A stretch of DNA of 64,000 bases from Octopus sinensis (lineage: Eukaryota): NCBI RefSeq assembly GCF_006345805.1, contig NC_043009.1:38688001-38752000 (forward strand). The letters run 5' to 3'. Below the pieces are notes generated by a model. That model was not told the origin of the DNA. It ran no database searches and saw only the letters and a list, made by a program, of their open reading frames with translations. A program made the translations under genes and the position numbers. Below are positions 52,721 through 64,000 of this stretch, in pieces; within the stretch, counting starts at the first letter, position 1, and every line of letters starts with the position of its first letter.

Positions 52721-53289
52721 TACAACTAAGTTGCCAAGAGAGCCGTGAAATGAAGCGTTGTTTCTTTTTCAAGAACACTAGGCAACACAGGGTCAGTGAA
52801 TCGAAACCACAATCCCGTATGAGTGCAACACCCGAACCACTAGGCCATGCGCCTTGATTGATTTAAATAAGACTCATTATTTATTCAAGGGTTTATTACC
52901 CATAGCTGCATAAATTATTGAAATTACAGAGATATTCAATAAAGTTATATTTTTGTTATATAATTTTCGGTGTTTTCTTTTATTAATAACATTTCGCTCT
53001 TCTGATCCTGTCAGTTCCAACGGTTGATACTGTTATAAGCAATGATCTTTATTGATAAAATAACTTAAAGCATTTGTTGCTTTTTTATATTAATAAGATT
53101 TATAGTTGAACTGTACAAGACTTTCAAAGCGAATTTCTTATGATATTCAACCAACATATCAAAACATTCTCTTTATATATTTTCTCATTTTGTAGTTAAT
53201 AGTTAGAAATTACTTCCATTTAATCAATATAACCCTTCGGCTTGTATTCAGGTTTGAATTTGAAGACTAACTCTAAAATATCTATGAAT

Positions 53290-54210
53290 GCGCGACTGTG
53301 TGGTAAGAAGCTGGTCTCCCAACAACATGGTTCAGGGTTCAGTCCCGCTGCGTGACAGCTTGGTCAAGTGTCTTCTCTTATAGCCTCCGGCAAACCAAGG
53401 CCTTATGAATGGATTTGGTAGAGGGAAAGTGAAAGAAGCCCGTCGTAAATATGTATATATTTATGTGTGTCTGTGTTGGTGTGTTTACATCCTCGTAATT
53501 TAGCAGTTCGACAGAAGAGACGGATAGAATAAGCACCAGACTTACAAAGAATAAGTCCAGGGGTCGAATTCTTCGCCTAAAAGGTGGTCTTCCAGCATGG
53601 CAACAGTCTAATGAATGAAGCAAGTAAAATAAAAAAAAAAGACCGAATTCCATTTCGATGCACGAGAAGGTGGCGCTCGCAATGAAAAAAAAAAAAGCAA
53701 CCATATCTCTCTCAAATTAAATCAGCTTTTATGAAACGAAGTTACTAGATAATATACTAGTCCAGCTTTAGCAATTGTCGAGAAAATGGCAAAAAAGCTC
53801 ACACTGGAGTGGCAGTGTGGTAAATAGCTTGTTTACCAACCACATGGTTCCGGGTTCAGTCCCACTGCGTGGTACCTTGGGCAAGTGTCTTCTACTATAG
53901 ACTCGGGTCGACCAAAGCCTTGTGAGTGGATTTGGTAGACGGAAATTGAGAGAAGCCCGTCGTATATATGTATATATATATGATATATATGTGTGTGTAT
54001 ATGTTTGTGTCTGTGTTTGTCTCCCAACATCGCTTGACAACTGCTGCTGTTATGTTTACGTGACCATAACTTAGCGGTTCGGCAAAAGAGACTGATAGAA
54101 TAAGTACTAGGCTTACAAAGAATAAGTTCTGGGGTTGATTTGCTTGACTAAAGGCGGTACTCCAGCATGGCCACAGTCAAATGACTGAAACAAGTAAAAG
54201 AGTAAAAGAG
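53290..54210 (+). mobile_element. Two SINE family C copies (about 53290-53630 and 53805-54210)
   Basis: Head tgtgtggtaa..., ggttcagtccc, tail cagcatggc..cagtc.aatga.tgaa.caagtaaaa. Confidence 0.88.
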
Positions 54211-54257
54211 GGAATATTCTCCTCGTGTATTTTCTCATTTTCTTGTTTAGAAATCGC

Positions 54258-54710
54258 TAAGGCGGTGAGCTAAGAGAATCGTTAGCATGTCGGACAAAAT
54301 GCTTAGCGGCATTGCGTCCGTCTATATGTTCTGATTTCAAATTATGCCAAGTTGAGTTTGCCTTTCATCATTTCGGAGCCGATAAAATAAGTACCAGTTG
54401 AGCACCGGAGTCGATGTTTGTCATTGCTTTGTCTCCTGCCTGGAAATAGCTGGCCTTCAGCCAAAATTTGAACTCAGTGTTTAGAAGTCGTTCAGGCGGC
54501 GAGTTGACAGAATCATTAGCATTGGCAGACAAAATGCTTAGAGGCATTTCATCCGTCTTTACGTTCTGCGTTCAAATTAAACCGAGTCAAGTTTGCCTTT
54601 CATCCTTTCGGAGCCGATAAAATAAGTAGCAGTTAAGCACTGGGGTCAGTGTCATCGACTTATGCCCTGATCCGATATTTCTGGCCTTGTGCCAAAATTT
54701 GAAACCAATA
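54258..54710 (+). mobile_element. Two adjacent SINE family B copies
   Basis: aaggcggtgagctaag...; aggcggcgagttgacagaatc...; both end gccaaaatttgaa. Confidence 0.8.
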
Positions 54711-55234
54711 TTAATATAAACTTTGCAAAAACTGAAATGGTTGCGATATTATATAAATCTTCAAACGCTATATTATAAGACAAGGATTTTAATAGAATAT
54801 TATTTAACTAAAATGAATGTTTCAGTCTATAACTGTAAGCAAGAACTTTATTGATCAGTCTAAACAAATAAGTTAATAACCATAGGTGGTCCAAAATGCT
54901 GTACTTAATTCCTTAATTTTATCATACAACTCATAACGAAGCTAGGAAATGAATAGATATATAAATCAATAATGTTACTAATTAAACGCTAAGATGAGCA
55001 AAGAAAAAGTTATATCGAATTAAATATAATAATTGTTTCATATTTGTACATGATAGATTATTCTTTATTTAGAAAATGCGAAATATGAGTTTATGTCGTC
55101 TATGCTTTTTGCACCATTAAGTTGACGTCATGCATTATACAAATTGGGAACTAAACGCGAACTATTAAAAGGCTTTGCTTGAAATTTACCCAACACGATA
55201 CACCACTTTAAACATATTTTTAAAAATTTTGGCT

Positions 55235-56085
55235 CAAGCCCAGTAGTTTTAGGGGCAGAGTAAGTCGATTATATCGACTTCAGTGCTCAACTCACACTTA
55301 TATTATCGACTCTGACGACCTCAGTGGAATTTAAACTCAAAACGTAAAAAGCCGGAAGAAATGTCGGTAATGATTTTGCCATACTCGCGCTGACGGTTCC
55401 GCCATTTTGCCCTCTTGGTGTCTTTTCTGAGAACGGACTTAATAAATTGCTATGTGGTAGCTGCATACCATTCCGAGCGGAGAGTAGAATCGTAAGCAAG
55501 CGAAACCTTTCGTTTAGGTCTTTTCGAACAAGCCGGGTAAGTTCAAATTGTGGCACAAGGTCAGATATTTGGGGGGGGGAGTAAATCGATTAAATCAACC
55601 CAGTGATCAAGTGATTCCTATTTTATCGACCTCGAGAGGATGAAAGGCAAAGTCAACCTCGGCGGAATTTGAACTCAGAACATGAAGAAGGACGGAATGC
55701 CTATTTCTCTACTACCCACAAGGGGCTAAACACAAAGAGGACAAACAAGGACAGACAAACGGATCAAGTCGATTACATCGACCCCAGTGCGTCACTGGTA
55801 CTTATTTAATCGACTCCAAAAGAATGAAAGGCAAAGTCGACCTCGGCGGAATTTGAACTCACAACTAACGCAGACGAAATACCTATTTCTTTATTACCAC
55901 AAGGGGCTAAACACAGAGGGGACAAACAAGGACAGACATAGGTATTAAGTCGATTACATCGACCCCAGTGCGTAACTGGTACTTAATTTATCGACCCCGA
56001 AAGGATGAAAGGCAAAGTCGACCTCGGCGGAATTTGAACTCACAACGTAACGGCAGACGAAATACCGGTAAGCATTTCGCTCGGC
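55235..56085 (-). mobile_element. SINE family B cluster including a ~190-bp head-to-tail trimer (about 55570-56085)
   Basis: Repeated gaaaggatgaaaggcaaagtc(g/a)acctcggcggaatttgaactc blocks at about 55640, 55825 and 56005. Confidence 0.88.
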
Positions 56086-58281
56086 AAAGGCATAAATATA
56101 AACATAACATTAACATTAAATACAAAACCAGTTTGAATATATTTTAGAGTTATAGAATTATAGGAATTGGGATATAAAAGATGCATAACGTTAAATAGAA
56201 GAAAAACCAAAACAACGTTAAAATGTGATTCTTTTGCGGGGAAATAGTCGTACAGCACAGGTTCATCTTTATAAAGCACATATTTGATCAAAGATATTTT
56301 AACCATGATCATCATGTGTCTTTGGAGGTTGCTAGGTCTATGACTTTTCTAGCAAATGCAGCGACAGTATTAAGATTCCTTCGTTGGCGCACCAGAAAAA
56401 AAATCTCTAACTCCCGAGACGTTCAACTGCATAAGGTTAAGACTAACAACTAATGTACAGTAGACTTAGCTCACCACGTCACCAGGTACCATCTATGACC
56501 AACAGCCAGGGGTTAAAGATAGACAATAATGCCAACGAACAACTTCATACGTTTTGTTCTTGATACAAAATGAGATTTAATTATTTTCTCCTTATAATCT
56601 TATAGGGTAATTCGTAATAGTGTTGCTGCCTTATAGTGTTGTATCCTTCACTCGCCACTTTAATTCACCTTGAGATTTACATTGAATACTTATTATCTCT
56701 AGCACTGGAGAGAGAACAAAAACTGTTGGGGAAGGTGGGAAAGCCATAAAGAGCCATTCTATCCCGTTACCGGAAGGAAAAGACAAAAACAAATGCAAAA
56801 AGGAAATGAACTGTGGAGTGAATGATATAAAACCATAATAAAGTTTAACAAGAAAACGCAAAGAACTACAACAAATGAACATCAGCAACGATAGCACGAG
56901 CACTAAACTGGAGTATGACTTGTAGAAAATTCATCAGCAGGAACAAAGACTACTAAGGCAACAAACGATAACAGTAGTGACAAAAGGAGGCGGTGTGATA
57001 TAAAGTTTACAGAACTTTTGCTAAAAGAATCGGTGAAAATTGAGTTAGCTGTAGTTTCTTAAGAGAATCTTTATTTATTTATTTATTCCTTTATTTATGT
57101 ATTTTATATTTATTTATTTATTCATTTATTTATTTATTTATTTATTCATTGTAGCTGAGCTATAGTTAAAGAAAAGCAAGCCATCTTCATTAATAAGGCA
57201 TATAATGAAGTTTGTGAGGTGTGAAAGACGAACGGAAGAAGAGGGTGTAGGCTTTTTGGAGAAAATTATCGAGTGGAAACATAAAAAAAAAAGCTAAAGA
57301 TATAAATATCATCTGTCTAATGGCAAGATAGAAAATAGAGGAAAAAATAATTAGGCGTGAAGAAATATTATTTTGAGAAAGGTCGAAAGTAAGAGATTAA
57401 TAAGATAACGTTGAAGGAGGCAACGCTGAGGAGATATCAACGCAGACTGCATTGCTTAGGGGAACTAATTATACAAATATTGCTTTGTTTCACGTGGCAT
57501 ACGTGTGCTTATTTTCAATAGTTACTTTACCTTACTAATTGGGACATTTTTGTTTGTAATGATCTCTAGCTAATTAAATCTCTCCATATCGAGTGTAGCA
57601 TTTATACAAAAATATTTTCTTTCACTTAGCTCTCCACATTTCTTAAATATAAATAATAATCAATTCTGTTTCTATCCATGTTTTCTGTTATTGATTAGGT
57701 TATTTACGACTGTGTGTATCGTAAGGCACTAACGTGTATTCATTGAAATCCTTTTCACCACCATTATGCGCTACTATATTTGCAATAAAAATATCGACAC
57801 CGTGTTATATTATAATTAACAAAAGGCAATATCACAGAAGATTACTATCACTATCGATTTTAAAAAATGTTTCAGAAATGAATCTTCCGCAAGAAACTTT
57901 AGAAAAAAATGTTTCATTTTAAATCTGCTGACAACATATTTTCGAATAGAGCAAGTCATATTTTCTGAAGAAAAGGAATATACGTGGATGCAGATATATT
58001 GGCGAATAAGATAATTTCTTTGTGAAGATGTGTGTCCTAGTTAATAGGATGCTGAAATTGCAAACATGAGTTCATTTGTTCGATTTCTGGGCCGGGCGGC
58101 ACGTTGTGGGCTTTGGGAAGGCACATCGTTTCACGATGCTCCAGTCTGCTGAATACTAGCTGAGTGCCATGCAACCATATTTCCCTGCATGTATTTTCGA
58201 TGTTCCGTTAGTCACGTATGTGAGAGACGATTGTGTGTCGATATGTATATCTGCTTGCTGCTGTTGCTGCTGCTGCTGCTG

Positions 58282-58329
<48 letters not shown>

Positions 58330-58354
58330 ATAATAATAATAATGATAATAATCC

Positions 58355-58733
58355 TTTCTACTGGAGGCAAAAGGCCTCAAATTTGTGGGTAGGGGACTAA
58401 TCGATTACTTCGACCCCAGTGTTTCACTGGTACTTAGTACATCGAAACGCAAAATCGACTCCGGCGCCATTTGAACTCAGAACACGAAGACAGACGAAAT
58501 ACCTATTTCTTTACTACCCACAAGGACCTAAACAGAGGGGACAAACAAGGACAGATAAACGGATTAAGTCGATTATATTGACCCCAGTGCGTAACTGGTA
58601 CTTATTTAATCGACCCCGAAAGGATGAAAGGCAAAGTCGACCTTGGCGGAATTTGAACTCAGAACGTACCAGCAGACAAAATACCGCTAAGAATTTCGCC
58701 CGGCGCGCTAACGTTTCTGCCAGCTCGCCGCCT
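58355..58733 (-). mobile_element. SINE family B dimer
   Basis: Intact head at 58700-58733; the second unit is degenerate. Confidence 0.87.
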
Positions 58734-58743
58734 TTATAAACAA

Positions 58744-59256
58744 CTAGCAGTATCGCCCGGCGTTGCTCGGGTTTCTAAGGGAAATAACTATATAAGCATT
58801 TTTAGAGAGTTACTTACCTTATAGATGCCAATACGGGCTTTCTTAGCCATTTCTGTTTTGGTGTCTTCAAGCCATGAAGTCGTTGTTCTAAAAGAACGCT
58901 GGTCTCCTTGACAACGCTTTACGACGTTGATTTCCTTACACTCCCTTCCCCACAGCTTCACGAGGGAGGGAAGAAGGGGGAGAAGCAAACAGGTGCAGAT
59001 GTGAGCGTGGACGCCAACTCCGCCGCCATCGACACACGAAAAATTATGCATTAAAATGGAATAAAAAATGATGTTAAATTATTTTTTAAATCGTAGACTC
59101 ATCGTAGACGCGCGCTAATACCCGGACGGGCTCGATATGAATCACGACTATAAGATACCCGAATTTGGTTAAACTGCACCGCAAAATGTGGGAGTAGTTA
59201 GGAATCTAAATCGAAGGGGACAGACACTCACACAACTACAGTTTTATATATATAGA
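58744..59256 (-). mobile_element. Non-autonomous Helitron (513 bp), same family as 42036-42328
   Basis: Reverse complement starts TC(tata...), ends with the hairpin and CTAG, and lies between A and T; carries about 220 bp of extra internal sequence. Confidence 0.85.
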
Positions 59257-60164
59257 TAACAACGACAATAATAATAATACATAGGCAGCTAGAACAATGG
59301 TGGAATGCGTGGTACAAGCTACAAGATCATACTTGTTTGTGAATGACGGATGATAGTTTTTTAAAATTTATTTACTTTTTCTTGCAACTTAATTTTACAT
59401 CTTAATTTTCTCATAAAGATAATTGAGATATACAAACGATATACATATTCAGCAAATAAAACACGGCACTGGGAACTATTCATTATCCCACAGATACACT
59501 TTGCTATTTCTAATATAAGCCTGTTGACTTGATGAATGAGGTTATTAAAATTAATAGTGTACGTCTCTCGACTAGACTATATGCTAGCATAAACTACTAA
59601 CGAATTATATATTTATAATTTAGAACTATCTATTATATTTTATGATCAATATTTTATTTCAAATAATTAGAAGTGAATAAGTGTATAGTATATAATCGTA
59701 GCAAATTAATTCGATTGGCAATCATGAAGTGCATAAATACATAAAGACCAGGTGATTACTTGGCAAAATGACGCACAGTTTGCTAAATAGTAAATACGTC
59801 ATATGAAAGACTGTGTATAATATTGTCACTATCGTACATATATGGATACAGTATATTATATTAAGCTCTTTGATACAACTCGGTGTGTCGAATGTGCGAC
59901 TAATAGCGTAACTGGTTTGTGATAAGAAAGACAAGAGATATATAGAATATTGAAAATTAAATATCGTTACACAGAAAAGAAAGACAGAATAATATGTATA
60001 TGTGTGTGTAAGCGTGTGTGTGTATATGTCTGCTGCTTAGCTATCAATCCATCCATCCTCCTATCCATCCATCCATCCATCCATCAAACCATCTATCTTT
60101 CTGTCTATCTGTGCGTCCGTCCTTCCGTACCTCTGACAGTCTGTCTGTCTGTCTGTTTGGTTGC

Positions 60165-60246
<82 letters not shown>

Positions 60247-60609
60247 GTGTGTATGTATGTATATAGTGTAAATTCAATGAATAATAAAAAGACAACACAA
60301 AAGGAACAAAGTTTGGCAAATAAGGTATTATTAGCTTAACGGGTGAACGCAAAGAGAAAGTACAATAACGATTCGGACGAGAGTCATTCATCAGAAGAAG
60401 GAAACAGAGAGGGAGTGAGAGAAGGTGAAAAAAGCTGAAGCATTAGAAACCTGGTGGAATAGTGTTCTAGGGGAGGAGAAATTAATAATGGAAGTGAAAA
60501 AACCAGGTGTGGAGATACAAGCACAAGAGTGCATCCGCATCTGGATGCGAGCATTAGATGAAGTGATGTCTGTTTGTTAGTCTGGTATATATAAGCGGAT
60601 ACGGATTCA

Positions 60610-60774
60610 ATGCTGAAAGCCGATAAACCTGAAACAATTATTTACAAAGGTGAAGTTTGACCTAAGCAACAATGACCAATCATACATTGTATCTAAATGC
60701 ACTGATAATCGATGTCGTACATGGCAGTTCATACAAACCACTAGTCTTCGTCTTTTGTTTTTCTGCGAATTCTC

Positions 60775-60780
<6 letters not shown>
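60610..60780 (+). mobile_element. Penelope linker fragment fused to the end of the ~190-bp repeat
   Basis: LKQLFTKVKFDLSNNDQSYIVSKCTDNRCRTWQF is homologous to 1620-1750 and runs into gtcttcgtcttttgtttttctgcgaattctcccc(ta)n. Confidence 0.8.
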
Positions 60781-60824
<44 letters not shown>

Positions 60825-60894
60825 ACAAAATAATAGATAAAACATACGCATATATACATACATATATGTACGTACCTACATCTATATGTAAATA

Positions 60895-61140
60895 TGCATG
60901 CATATATGGGTACAGGACACCCAAAAAATCGTCGAACACAATGAGAAACGAAAGCATAAACACAAAACCAAGGAAATGGACATTTATCTTAAGCAACGAA
61001 AAAATAGAGTACAAGACATACAACACAAGGAACATTCCCCTTCTTCAGCCGCCTCTGTTTCATCTACGCCGCGTTTCGAAGGTAAATGCGAGACACGACT
61101 TCATTGAAACAGTCCTTCCCGCAAAAGCAAATTAAATAAA
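60895..61140 (-). repeat. pLTR-like repeat; diverged inverted partner at about 62045-62290 (+), distant relative at about 46660-46920 (-)
   Basis: Shared tttgcttt..ggaagga...ccttcgaaacg...gtagatgaaa...tgaagaagggga...gacg..tttt.ggtgtcctgtac. Confidence 0.7.
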
Positions 61141-61259
61141 ATTTGAAATATATATATATATATATATATATGCACATACATACATATATATACATATATA
61201 TATATATATATTACATACGTATACATATATATATATTACATACGTATATATATCTACAT

Positions 61260-61290
<31 letters not shown>

Positions 61291-61524
61291 TATACATACA
61301 CAATGGCATAAACACACATTCACACACACTTGTTTATATATATAACACAATTACTCGTATATGAGCATTTATGAATTATATATGTGTACATAACATTTGC
61401 GACACAAACATGCCTGCTTACACACGTATTTACAGATATGCATAACTATGTACACTCATACACACTGATGCACGCGCATACGTGTACATGAACACATGCA
61501 TGCACACAAATACTCATACACACA

Positions 61525-62507
61525 GACACATGTATGCTCACATAAAGGTACAGTCTTGATCTTTACTTATACATACGCTTATTTCTCCTCTTCATCATTT
61601 TGCTACTCTTAAGAGATATACTTTGCAGTGCGATATGCAAATTCAGAGTATGTATGTATGTATGTATGTATGTATGTATGTATGTATGTATGTATGTATG
61701 TATGTATGTTTGTATGTATGTATGTTTGTATGTATGTATGTATGTATGTATGTATATATATATTAATATATATATACATACATATATATATATAAGGTAT
61801 TATATTATATAATATATATATTTGCAAGGCTTCTGGTTGACAAAATTTCCCTCTCTGTCTCACTATAATCCAGCGTTTACAATACTTTTTTCGTCTGGCG
61901 TTAAGCCCTTCTATCTTGTTCTCCTTGTCTTGTCTCTCACTGTTATATATTTATTTTTCCACTGTTTTATCTATATTTTTTACTGTTTATATGTTTGTAC
62001 TGTCGTTACCGTCTTGCTTTTTTCCCCTCTGCGAAAAGATCTCAGATTTTAATTGATTTGCTTTTCGCGGAAGGAATTTTTCTTCGAAGTATACGTCTCG
62101 CTTTTATCCTTCGAAACGTTTAGTAGATGAAATCTTAGCGATGAAGAAGGGGATTTTTCGTTGTGCTTATTGTCCTGTATCTCTCCCTTTTTTTGCTTGT
62201 CTTGTTCCTTGGTTTGTGTCTATTGTGTTTCGTCTCTCTATGTGTTCGACGTCCTTTTTGGTGTCCTGTACACATATATGCGTGTATGTACATGTAGAGG
62301 TAGGTACGTACATATGTTTATATATGCATATATTCTATTTTATTAACATATATATATATATACAACATACATACATACATAAATACTCTGAATTTGCATC
62401 GCACTGCAAAGTATATCTCTTAAGAGTAGCAAAATGATGAAGAGGAGAAATAAGCGTATGTATAAGTAAAGATCAAGACTGTACCTTTATGTGAGCATAG
62501 ATGTGTC
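61525..62507. repeat. ~125-bp almost identical inverted duplication (61525-61651 vs 62383-62507)
   Basis: Direct comparison shows one substitution and one 2-nt indel. Confidence 0.92.
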
Positions 62508-62521
62508 ATGTATGTGTATTA

Positions 62522-62596
<75 letters not shown>

Positions 62597-62819
62597 TTTA
62601 AATTATTTATTGTTGAAATATTTTTAAAAACATTTTTTTATGCTACAAATAGACGTTATTAGTCATCTCCTGTAGAATATGCATACATTTACCGAAGTAA
62701 AAGCGTATTTCTTATAATTAATGAAACAACATTTACCGTTTTGTAAAATTCTTTGCCTCCATAGACTGGTTTCCTTTCATTCTCATTTCTTAATCATCAC
62801 TATCGTTTCCAATCACTAC

Positions 62820-62864
62820 CATTTCCAATCACTATTCAAACAGCCTGTACCGTCGTCATCGTCA

Positions 62865-62906
<42 letters not shown>

Positions 62907-63460
62907 TCATCGTTATCGTCACCACCGTCACCAGCGCCACCACTACCACGAACACCACTACTGACAATAACAACAACACCAACACCTCCACCAACACCAA
63001 CACCAACACCAACACCAACATCAGTACCAGCACCAGCACCAAGACCAGTACCATTATCACTACTACCTGCTGCATCACCACGCCACCACAACTACCAAAA
63101 CCACCACCACCACCACCACCACAACCGCAACCCTCACGTGATAATCGTCCTCGTCAGCATCATCATCGTCATCATCATCATCGTCGTCGTCGTCGTCATC
63201 ATCATCATCATCATCATTATCGTCGTCGTCATCATCATCATCATCATCATCATCGTCGTCGTTGTCATCATCATCATCATCATCAACACTACCACCGCCG
63301 ACGCCAACACCACCACCACCACCACCAGCTTCATCACTACCACAACAACCACCATCCCCACCAGCTCCCACCAGCATCCCCACCACCATCCCCACCTGCA
63401 CCAGCACCACTACCACTGTGTCACAATTCTCCGTCGCAGTCGTCGTCGTCATTATCAGTA
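62820..63460. repeat. Compound trinucleotide low-complexity tract (CAT/CGT/CAC/CCA)
   Basis: Visible triplet runs; open in several frames simply because the repeats lack stops. Confidence 0.9.
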
Positions 63461-64000
63461 CAAAATGCAATATATATATATTTTTACATAGGAAAAGAAT
63501 TGTCTAATTTTAAAATATGTTCAGAGATGGAATTTTAATGTATTCAGATTTTTCCATGCTCTATGTAAAAATATATATAAAAAGTTATGTTGACTTGATG
63601 TTCTTTCTGTGCAGTATAATTCCATCTTATCTTCTTTTTGTTTTGTTTTGTTTGGAAAAATCCATTTGTCTTCGTAAACCCCAGCTTGAAAGTCTTGTAA
63701 CATCGTGGATACTTTTCTTGTTCCATTATTTGTTTTCTCTCAAACATGTTAAACATTTATTTTGAAAATGGCAGCTAAATCTTAAAACTAACAGAGCACG
63801 CGTTTCTAACTGCTTGCGGGAACATTATTTACATTTAGTTAGAAACGCATAGGTGTATTTTTAATATATCTAGCTGAATACATATATTTATATTATGTTT
63901 TTCATATTATATATATATATATATATATAGATATATATATAGATATATATATATATATATATATAGATATATATAATATATATATATATATATATAGATA

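Noticed and set aside
60360-60400. Minus-strand CTGATGA-atgac-tctc-gtcc-GAATC-GTT hammerhead-like string
   Set aside because: GAAA is mutated to GAAT and stem I cannot pair; at best a dead relic.
63075-63470. Asp-rich minus-strand ORF resembling acidic biomineralisation proteins, and the Pro/Thr-rich plus frames
   Set aside because: It is a compound triplet repeat open in most frames, with no splice or start support; similar tracts occur at 46.3 and 50.8 kb.

Overview
AT-rich, microsatellite-saturated eukaryotic DNA. The repeat landscape suggests an octopod cephalopod (inference, not confirmed). No host gene can be identified, only a few weak exon candidates. Nearly all structured sequence is transposon debris: Penelope-like elements (an RT-encoding remnant at about 48.4-50.7 kb on the minus strand, GIY-YIG fragments at 1.5-2.1 kb and 60.6 kb), RTE, CR1-type and R4/Dong-type LINE 3' ends, Tc1 and mariner remnants, two non-autonomous Helitrons, and about 35 tRNA-derived SINE copies in four families. 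Most ORF-track entries are microsatellite artefacts. The main hidden signal is a set of minimal type I hammerhead ribozyme (HHR) folds found by reading the sequence. They fall into at least five unrelated sequence families (2593-2637 +, 11345-11407 -, 43931-44004 -, 47276-47323 +, 51322-51359 +), plus a four-copy ~190-bp repeat carrying a core variant. Most have the palindromic helix III typical of dimer-active Penelope HHRs. One carries a compensatory U3:A8 core, and one sits inside a near-perfect 70-bp fold-back that should mask it in cis. All folds were assigned by hand and activity is untested.
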